A stretch of 64,000 nucleotides of DNA. Source: Camelus ferus (taxonomy: Eukaryota). The notes beneath the pieces were generated by a model. It was not told the origin of the DNA, searched no databases, and saw only the letters and a program-made list of their open reading frames with translations. Of the stretch, positions 39,320 through 48,722 are shown piece after piece. Numbering within the stretch: position 1 is the first letter of the stretch; each line of letters begins with the position of its first letter. Location of the stretch: positions 78,308,001-78,372,000 of the forward strand of contig NC_045696.1 in the NCBI RefSeq assembly GCF_009834535.1, given 5' to 3'. Made by a program: the position numbers and the translations under genes.

Positions 39320-40170
39320 TAATTTATTCAATAAATAGTTGTTGAGTGTCTAGTATATTCTAAGCATGGTATTTAATTTAAGGACTACAAATAGAGGGCC
39401 CCTGCCTTCAAGGAGCTCACACATTAATTAGACAAAGACAGGCTTCTAAATGAACAGTTACAGTAAAGCAATAAAGGCACCCTGAGAGGAGTCTGAATAT
39501 TGTTGAATGATGAAACTGTGAATGAAAAATACCGCAAACCATATCAGTAAACAAAGAATGCTGAAACCCTCAAGTCATCAGTGGCTGCCGCCACCCCCCA
39601 GTGAAGACAAGCCTGCAGCCCAGCCTTAGCAGCCATTCACAATGGTGCACCCTGAGGGGACTCAGAATAAGAAAGGACAGGATGCTGGCCCTGGATAGCT
39701 AGGTGCTTGTCAAAGGAAAGAATTCGGTGAGCCCAAATGTTTGCTTCCTCCCACACATAGAAAAGCACTAAATTCTTTAACTTGAGATGCCTGGTTTTCT
39801 TTAGATAACAAGTAATATTTTATTGTTCTGACTACCTGGTCTTTTTTGTAAAACTCCTAAATATCCTAGCTCCTCCCCTACCTCTTCGGAGCAGTCCCTC
39901 AGAGGATCTGAGAGGCTGTCATCAAGGGCTGAGTCCTCAGAATTGTCCACCGAATAAAATGTAACTCTCAACTTTTAGGTTGTACATTTATTTCAGGCGA
40001 TAAAGCAAAAAGCAAGGAGTCAGTTGTATCTGGGAGAGAGGGTGGATGATGGTATGGTGAAAGGTTACATGGAAGATGTGAGGTACGGGATGAATAGGCG
40101 TTTTTCATATGTCAGGGAGGGAAAAGATGTTCCAGAGAAAGGAAACTACATTAGCAAACTACATTAGCAA
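39320..40170 (-). mobile_element. L2 LINE fragment split by an ERV1 LTR
   Basis: tttattcaataaatagttgttgagtgtct...cccctgccttcaaggagctcaca; continues after 40002 with ggatgaatagg...gatgttccagagaaaggaaac. Confidence 0.6.
39517..40002 (+). mobile_element. ERV1-class solo LTR (same family as 11918-12401), copy 2
   Basis: Shares tgtgaatgaaaaata, atcagtaaacaaagaatgct, cacatagaaaagcactaaatt, gagtcctcag, gaataaaat and cttttaggttgt with copy 1; flanks aaac / aagc (degenerate 4-bp TSD). Confidence 0.85.
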
Positions 40171-40628
40171 TGGGAAGAAATTAGTTCGTCAAGGTTGACA
40201 CAGACTTTACAAGTTAGGGCAGGAATTAATTAGACAGAAACTAAATCCTGGCCTCCTACTTTACTCATTCTCCCCCACTGATCTAACTTAGACACACTGA
40301 TAAAGCTGCCTTTATTCAGTCCATTGGACCTCCTTATTCATCTTTGCACCTTGACAACAGCCAGTAGAATGAAACTATTAAACTGACTCCTTTTTAAGGT
40401 TAATCTGCTATTCATTTAAAGATTCCAAAGCAACCCTAAAAATAAACCAAAGAACCAAATATTACACCAGCCAATGGCATATTTCTTGGAATGAACTCAA
40501 ACAGGTGCAGTTAAGAAATAACTTTATTTTGTTCCATCAGCTCAAAACTTCTGTTGAGTCTTCCTTCCCAGCCTCTAGATGCTACCTTAGGCAAAACTCA
40601 GCTTAGGTTGCTTTAGAATTGTATAACT

Positions 40629-40757
40629 GAGGATGGTGTAGCTCGGTGGTAGAGTGTGTGCTTAGCTTGCACGAGGTCCTGGGTTCAATCCCCAGTTCCT
40701 CCATTAAATAAATAAATCAGTAAACCTAATTACCTCCCCCTCACACACACACAAAAT
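40629..40757 (+). mobile_element. tRNA-Ala-derived SINE (Vic-1-like), long form
   Basis: gaggatggtgtagctcggtggtagagtgtgtgcttagcttgcacgaggtcctgggttcaatccccagttcctcca plus 3' extension taaacctaattacctcccc and (CA)n/A tail; exact 11-bp TSD aattgtataac (40617-40627 / 40758-40768). Confidence 0.92.
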
Positions 40758-40962
40758 AATTGTATAACCAACTTTTTTTTAGTATTAAAAAGTCCAGTCT
40801 AATTAAAACAAAACATGTAACAAGCTTCTTGCCATCCCCTAGCTGAGGCCTGGCCTCGTCCTAGTTGCCAGCAAAGAGGAAGAGGGGTTTGATTGATTCT
40901 TTTACTCTCCTTGTCCTCCCCCCTCATCTCTTTCAAACTCGTGCTGTTTCCTGCTCCTGCAG

Positions 40963-40968
40963 CTGGAG
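40963..40968 (+). other. Candidate 6-nt microexon CTGGAG (unverified)
   Basis: 76-nt AG-free pyrimidine-rich tract ending ...tgctgtttcctgctcctgcag|CTGGAG|gtgagt. Confidence 0.25.
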
Positions 40969-43799
40969 GTGAGTAAGAAAGAATGAGGAAAAGGCGCAGG
41001 TCGTTCTCTCCTGGCCGTCAAAGCAGCCCACCTACCAGGCTGAGTCTCAGGGCGGTGTGAGCCCTCTCATCGTAGACCCAGCTGCTGCGAGGAACATGAC
41101 TGTTTAGGACGAGGAAAGGGTATTTGTCATTTCTATCGTCATCCCTTCTGCAGCCTGAGCTGGTGCTAAAAGAAAAACAACAAACCTATTAAACATCCTG
41201 TATGCATTAAGGAACAGAGCAGAGAGAGGCACAGCAGAGAGGGCAACCACAGAAAGAAGGAAGGAGCAGAACCGGGGAGCGCTGGTGGAGCTAAATCCCC
41301 AAAATGGGAGACGTGGCTTGAGCCGAGAAGAGGTGTAAATTCTCCTGCATCATTCCCTTTGATGCCAGAGAATGGCTACCAAGCATCACTCTGCTTCCCC
41401 TCAGGAATCCCCTCGTGAATCCTTACACCATTTCTGCTGTGAACCTGCGTCAGGAGATGTCCCTCTCATCTCGCCCTCTGTCAGATCCTCCAGTGGAAAA
41501 GGAGCTCAGCTCAGTGAAGGGCTTCACTGAAGATGGAAAACCAGTGGACAAAACAACTGGCTGCTGTCCTCTGGGACAACCTGCCTCAGAAGCCAGTTGC
41601 TCTGAGGCTCTGATAGCTGTTTTTCTCTATTTGACTTTTCGCACTCTTGCCCACACACCACCCTCTCTGGCAGAGCTACGTCTGAGCCAACCAGGCGAGC
41701 TAGGCTCGGCCCGTGTCTCTGTTGGAGGGCTGTCATCATTTTTTTTTTTTTTTCTGCAGGAAATACAGACAAACAAAGAATCAGACTTGGTGGCTGACCT
41801 CTACTTCCTTATTAGATCTTCCAACCCTTCACTGCCTCCCAAAATTTAAGGGCAAATTTAAAGAGAATATCCAAACAGACATCTGTTGTTTGAAAATCAT
41901 GAGAAAAACTAAGGAACCTCAGGGTCTTCAGTGAGAAAAGCTGTCTGGGAACCTTCTTCGAACTTGTTTTATTTGGCACTAAATGTGAAAGGGATTGTTT
42001 TTAAAATAACTGTGGAAATTGGTAGAACCTCCTGATATGGTACACTTGCCAACTTTTAAAATCCGTAGTGAATTATATTTGTAGTTTTATTTCAAGAAAA
42101 GGTTATGTATAAATAGAAGACAGTGGCATAACTGATGGTCTGTGGAGGCCATAATTTTTCACTGTGCCATTTTCATTACTTGAATAACCATTTCAATCTT
42201 TTCTAGGAGTAAGAAAAAATGTTTCCAATTACATTTTGTAAAGGCAATGAATTTTATCCTTTAAATTACATTTAGATTCATGAAGCATTTTTATAAGGAG
42301 CCTTTAAAAAAAGATAAATAGTATGTTATTGTTAATGGATGTAGAAATTTCAGACATCTACACTACCCACAACTGAATCTGCAAATTCAGTGAATTATCC
42401 AGCAGACATATACCCTAGCTGTTCAGTTAGAGAAACTTTAATTACATATATAAATGTTTTATCAACTTCTCACACTATGTCTTTTAAGCCAACAGATTCC
42501 AGTAGCAGAGGAGTGACAACAAACCATTCAGGTCACTGAATTTCCCCATTCACATTATACAAGGCCACTCTCCATGTTCATAGCATTTTAATTTCTTTAT
42601 TGTGCTCTTGGATCTTCATTTCCATGGTCCCTAAGTTCCAGTCAGATGATTATTTGCTGAATATGCTAAATTATATCCCACTGTAATAAAAGAACAAGTA
42701 CACCAGCAAATATATTTCACTATAGACACAGACAATATACTGTCTTAGTCAAACTTAACCAAAAAGTTAGTATCCAAATGGCTTGGCCTCCTCAACTTTT
42801 TTATTCTTTTTTAAATAGGGTCTCCTGATAACTATGTACCAGTATTATCTAAATGTGATGAAGTCTCATTGTTAATTAACAAAATGGAGTTTTAATCAGT
42901 CACAATGGAATGTACCCTCAATATAGTACAATTTTCATTTAATGAATTAATTTTTATGCAAATTCAAGCTTTAATGGAGCTACAAACAGTTGCATTCAAG
43001 TTACATCTGCATAACATTTCCCAAATGGTTTAAAAATAGTGGGAGTGGAAAACAACTAATTTTTTTTGGTAATTAAAATGCCCCCAAATAATGCATGTCA
43101 GGCTTAGTACAATTCTCTGGTGTCTTATTTATTGATTTTGCCAGTACATATGCAAACTGCAAGATTACGGCAGAGAGCTCCACCCACTTCAGTGCATGTG
43201 CTGGAAGGGACATTGCAAATAGGACTGATGCTAAATGGACCGCATCTAATGGAGTCAAAGCCCCTGGTAGGGTAAGCCAAGGCCGTATCTAAATAGACTC
43301 CAAGGAACAGTGACATTAAAATCTACCTGAGAGCTTTTCTCTAAACACGATTGTGTGAGAAAGTAAAAGCCTTGTTAATAATTTAGCTTTAAGTACTTTA
43401 ATTTCCCTGAAACCTAGCTGAAGTGTGTATGTCTGGGTGTGTTTGGTGTTTATCAAAAAAAAAAAAAAAGTAATTAGAAAGTGATTAACTACACTTACAA
43501 ATAATATGACTAATTCCACTTATAAATAATAGAAATAGAGAGCAGAGACACACCTCTCTTCTTGCTGTTCTGAGTGATGTGGTGGCCGTCTCTAGAAGAA
43601 AGCTCACCACAGAGCCTGGCAGATGCTGGGCACTCCATAAATGCTTCCTGAATTAAAAGACTGTCCAATGCCAAGGCCCCACGGAATGGACACTGGTCAT
43701 ACACTCTGTGCAGCACAGTCCTGGCTGTGTCCTCCCACCCTGCTCTTCAGCCAAACTTGTTTTTGTTGTTTTACATAGGCAGTAACACTGACCTTCATC

Positions 43800-43968
43800 A
43801 AAATATCTGTAAGATGGCACCACGAAGACACAATACATATGTCCAAACCCTGAAATGCAAACTCCATAGAGTGGAGATTTTGGGTTTTTTTTTGCTGATG
43901 TGTTCCTAGTGCCTAGGAGAGTGCCTGGGACAGTGGCTGACATGTAATACATATTCAATATATTTATG
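43800..43968 (+). mobile_element. L2 LINE 3' end
   Basis: aatgcaaactccatagagtggagatttt...gctgatgtgttcctagtgcctaggagagtgcctgggacag...attcaatatattt. Confidence 0.75.
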
Positions 43969-44050
43969 GAAGGAAAGAAGCAAGAAAGAAAAGAAGGAAG
44001 GGAGGAAGGAAGGAAAAAAAGGGTGGGAGGGATGAAGCAAGGAGGCTGGG
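43968..44050. repeat. Purine-rich (GGAA/GA)n low-complexity tract
   Basis: ggaaggaaagaagcaagaaagaaaagaaggaagggaggaaggaaggaaa. Confidence 0.85.
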
Positions 44051-44127
44051 AGAAAAAAAGAATGATCTGGGTCCTACGGACCTGTTTCTCCATATACTTT
44101 GCTACCTGAATAAAATGGTTTTAATCA

Positions 44128-44340
44128 GGAGGCAGTGGTATAAAAGCTGAGGTTATAAGTTCTGAAACCAGATCTCATTTGAATCTTGCCCCTTCCACTT
44201 ATTAGCCATTTGACTTGGACATATTTCTGAACGTTTTTGTGCCTCAGTTTCCTCTTCTGTAGAAACGGGATCATTATAATAACAGTAACTCTCCACAGGG
44301 TTGTTGTAAGGCTTAAACGTGAAAATGTATTTAGCAGCCC
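44128..44340 (+). mobile_element. MIR SINE
   Basis: tttgaatcttgccccttccacttattagc...tgtgcctcagtttcctcttctgtagaaacggg...cacagggttgttgtaaggcttaaa. Confidence 0.85.
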
Positions 44341-44999
44341 TTAATGAATATTACTTCCTACTATTATGATCTATTATTAATCTCCCTTAAGGAGATGGCT
44401 CATCTCTAATGTGATGTATTATTTAGCATCCTCACTAAGACACTTTTGAGAGTGAAAGGGGAAGGCACTAAAATAATTAAAAATCATCAATTGACCTACA
44501 ACAAGGAAACCAGTGACATATGGCTCCCCAACTCACTGGCTAAACTTGATGTCAGGCAGGCTTCCTTATTCCCAGATCTAGATAGAAATATTTAGCAGAG
44601 ACTATATGGTTATCATTTTTGTAAGCAATACCATAGGTTCCCATTTAGCGAGTTATAAATGCAACCACCTCAGCAACCTTCTGAAGTCCTCCCATTACTG
44701 TGTTTCAATCAAATATTCCCTCTACCACCTGTGCATGGTCACCTCTCTCACTAGATTGAGGGCAGAGCTCATCACTTCTGGTTTAAAAAGTCACAGTGGA
44801 TGGGCCTACCAAACTCCGTATTTAGGTCCAAACACCCCTGGCTTTATTAGTCAATTATCTCTGAGATGATAGAGAAATTGCTGTCATTCGCTATGTCTGT
44901 GTAAAATGTGGAGATAAAATAATTGGCTAGAATTGTAGTCTGAGAATTGTGTAATAAGGTCAGAATGTTCAATGTAAAGAGAGCTATGAAGGGGAATAT

Positions 45000-45350
45000 T
45001 GATTCATTGGTGAGACAAACATTTATTGGGTGCATACTAGGTGCGGAATGCTGGAGAGTCAAATATAAAGAAGACAAGAACATCCTTCAAATGTCATAGA
45101 AAAAATGAGTGCAGTGTAATGTGATAGGTACTATGCTGGAGAGAGGAACACTTTGTAATAGTGGTACCACAAAGTAGGATCTGGAGGATTAGTGATACCA
45201 AAAAGGTAATATTTGGAGAATCTAAGCAAGAAAACTTTACAGAGAAAATGTTTGACCTTTGGCCCTAGAGATGAATATGAGTTTGCTAAACGAATTAGTG
45301 GGGGAGGGACATCCAAGATAAGAGAAGAACCCTGATGAGAGGCATAGGAT
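45000..45350 (-). mobile_element. L2 LINE fragment
   Basis: acaaacatttattgggtgcatactaggtg...gtgataggtactatg...gatgaatatgagtttgc. Confidence 0.6.
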
Positions 45351-46937
45351 TATGAAAAATTATCTTAAATTCAAAAAACTAAAAATAGTTCATATGCTTG
45401 GAACAAAAAGTTTGAAGCAGTAAATAGTAAAACACAAGGCTTTAAATCTTGCTTGAAATTGGATGTCACTAGTGGTTTTAAGGAAGAAAAAGTAGGGCTG
45501 TAAGAATGAAAATGTGGTAATAGAAAGATAACAACTAGCAAATATTCTAAAAATACTTTGCAGCATTTTTGCTAGATACTTTAAGGCAAGAACACTGTAA
45601 CGCAAGTTTATTTTGATCACACCATTTAAAGATACCTGCATACCAATAAGTAAAAAGAAAAAGAAAAGCTACTTAAGTGCAATTTTGTTTTATTACTTTA
45701 ATTCTTTGTACTAACTTTATCTAAAGATATGTAGCCTCACCATCCACTATCAATGAAAAAAAAAATAGATTTGGAAGAAGAAGGGAAAAAGAACACAGAC
45801 ACTTTATTAGTATCAGCATGAAGTATCCTTTCAAGCATAATCTCCTTCCACACTCTTATAGGTAATGAATCCAATCAGCTTTATTTTTTTCCTTTTTGTC
45901 ATCTCAGCTGGGTCATACCTGTTAGCATACTGATTCATAATCTGAACTTGAAAGCTGATTCTTACATATCATTTAGTAAGTTAACCCTAGCTTACTGTTC
46001 ATATTGGAAAAGACAATCATTACTACTTTAATCGAGTCATTTCAGTCTTGACTCCTGAAAATCACATTCACACCTTGATTGAAGGTGACCCATGAAGATA
46101 TTTTTCACCTGTTTTGAAAATTTTCTACCTAAAATAGAGGTTTATAGGTCTTCAGTTCATGAAATTATAAAATGTGAGATTTTAAACATGATTTTCTCTT
46201 TTATATAATATTCTTTTTCTTTATTTCAGTAAAAAAATGAAAAAAATACAAATTGGAAAGTTCACTACTATATCCTTCAATCCTTTCTCTTAATATGCTT
46301 TTCTCTATCCTGCTATCTTTTATCTAAATAGATAGAGAGAAATACAGATAAATAAGCAGATGGAAAGAGACATAGTGGATAAAGAGCTATAGAGAAATAA
46401 ATGTGTATAGCTATTTGATACAAATGGAATTATGTTACACATTATTTTATAACCAACTTAAATTTTACCTTCATTGCACCCATCTTTTCATTTTACTAAT
46501 CAGCCTTCTGCAATACCACTTAATGACTGCTAAGTATGCCAAACATAGTAGAGTTTAATCCTCTATACGAGTATACATTAAAATTGTTTCAAATTGTTGA
46601 CAAAAACAAAGTTGTGTACAACCTTAATATTTAGGGGACGATTTTTTAGAATTTACTATTAACTTAAAAAGGGATTTATAGTCTTCAAGAACACAACTGA
46701 TACCTCTAGGAAATGGCAAAAATGTCAAAGGCCAAATTTAAAAAGGATCTTTGTTCTCAGGAAGAGTGTTAATTTAATTTCAACTCAGTGTTTCTTGGCT
46801 ATGATTCAGCAAAATCCACTGTGATGAGTAGGATCATGTCTACTGTTTTATACAGCAGTATATAATAATAAAAATCAGTTAATCGGTCCAGTTAGCCAAA
46901 CCAAGCATGTTTCCAAGTATTTGTGGACAATCAAAAT

Positions 46938-47369
46938 TAATGGTTCTCAAAATGTAGCAGACATTAAAAAAAAAAAATGGGGGGAACTTCTCAGAGATGC
47001 AGATTTCCAAAGTATACTCCTTTCCTCCATAATTCAGATTCAGGAAGTATGTAGTGAAACTGAGGAATCTGCATTTTAATCAAGTATGCTAGATCAGAGA
47101 GTCAGCAAACTTTCTCTTTAAAGGACTAGATAACAGATGTTTTAAGTTTGGAGGGTCTCTGTCACATTTTTCTTTGTTTTGTATCATTTTTGTTACTGTT
47201 TGTTTTGCTTTGCTTTTCACATATCTTTAAAAAAATGTAAAAACCATTCTTAACAAATTGGACCATATAGGCTCCAGGCCAGAATTAGCCTATTGGCTAT
47301 AGATTGCCGACCCCTGCCTTCAATGATTCTGAATTAAGTGGTCAATGGAAAAGAATTTGAGAATTGCTG
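46938..47369. mobile_element. MER5-type MITE split by a MER58C-like MITE
   Basis: taatggttctcaaaatg...gatgcagatttcc...ggaatctgcattttaa [insert] tgattctga...tttgagaattgctg. Confidence 0.7.
47095..47316. mobile_element. MER58C-like hAT-Charlie MITE
   Basis: Terminal inverted repeats cagagagtcagcaaact / agattgccgacccctg; internal aatgtaaaaaccattctta. Confidence 0.75.
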
Positions 47370-47760
47370 CTCAAGACCAGTGCACAAGGAGGAGCTCAGG
47401 AAACCTGTGAGTGGGGTAGCCACATTGATATGCTATTATTTGGTGTAAATTCGTATTACTGTTGCTCCACACTTCTGGATAGCAATGGAGATGTACTTTT
47501 CTGTTGGATGTTTAGCTACTGTAGCTAAGGGTGGTTTTATTTGCTTTCTTTGGCCAAATCCTAAAGGACAGAACACTGATCACTGTCTGCAATGAATTGT
47601 GAGGTCATACTAACATCCATTGTAAAAAGAACAATGCAGTGGCATTGTATGTTGGTGCCATGGTTCATCTGAGATGTTGGTTGTGGTAGTACAAAATACA
47701 GTAAGAAGAGCCAATAATAGCTGGTTATGGACCCTGTTAGATTCTTGTATCAATATAAAA

Positions 47761-48329
47761 TGTATTTTCCATTGATGGCTACAATAGTATCTTCCATCAG
47801 CCATGTTCTTCCTACAATGTAATTTTGACACTCCTCCGACTGAGACACAGTGTCAGTGACAATCCTCCCCACCCCTTGAAAAAAGGTAGGCTGTGATAAT
47901 GGCAGAAGGGACATTATGTGACTTCTGAGGCTAGGTCATAAAAGGCAATAAAACTTCCAACTGACTTTCTCAGGATGTGTGCTTCTGGAATCTTGCTGCC
48001 ATGCTGTGAAGAAGCTCACAGGGAGAGGCCAAGGGTAAGTATCCCAACTGACAGCCCAGGTCAGGACTCCCAGCATCAACTGCCAAACAGTCAAACATAC
48101 CGGTGGAGACACCCCTAGGTGATTCCAGCCTCCAGCTGTTGAGTCACCACAACCCTCAAATCTTCCCAGCTGAAGCCTCTGACATCCCCAAAGGAAGAAA
48201 AGCCATTTCCACTATTTCCTGTACAAATATCCCACCCACAGAAATCATGAGAGATAATAAACTTATTTTTGTTGTTGTAAGACACTCAGTTTGGGGATGA
48301 TTTGTTAAGCAGTAACAATAACTGGAACA
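47761..48329 (+). mobile_element. MLT1G/H-like MaLR solo LTR
   Basis: gtgacttctgaggctaggtcataaaaggc...gccatgctgtgaagaagc...cccacagaaatcatgagagataataaa...gtttggggatgatttgtta...taactggaaca. Confidence 0.8.
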
Positions 48330-48722
48330 GCAAAGGAGACAATTGTTATCCAGTGTTATTCTCAATGACTTTGACACATTTAAGTCATTAAAAAATTAGA
48401 GTTCTACATGGCAATCCACGAACATGGATGTGTGCATGCATATTTCAAAGACATTTTAGGAAACCCTAAAATAATCAGTATTTTGTTTTTTAAAGAATTA
48501 AATTTAGCTGCAGGTTTAGTTGGCAAAAACTAACAATATGTCAGGTGCCATACGTCAAAGGTGTCAGATGTCGAATTAAATATAAATATATAAAATGTAA
48601 AAAGTAGCATCTCATAGCAATATCTATAGCTACATAGATATATAAGAAAATTCAATATCAGTCACTAAGGTGGCAGTTTACCAAAATAAAATATATTCTA
48701 TTCATTTTTAGAAAATAAAGCG

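Noticed and set aside
11918..40002. Two same-family LTRs as the ends of one provirus
   Set aside because: 27.6 kb apart, each with its own TSD, structurally different, and no gag/pol/env seen between them.
40629..40703. tRNA-Ala(AGC) gene (also 1827-1924 and 9491-9590)
   Set aside because: A-rich tails, TSDs and substitutions in the stems mark these as retroposed SINE copies.
41415..41849. 144-aa ORF
   Set aside because: Non-ATG start, runs through a poly-T tract, no recognisable domain.
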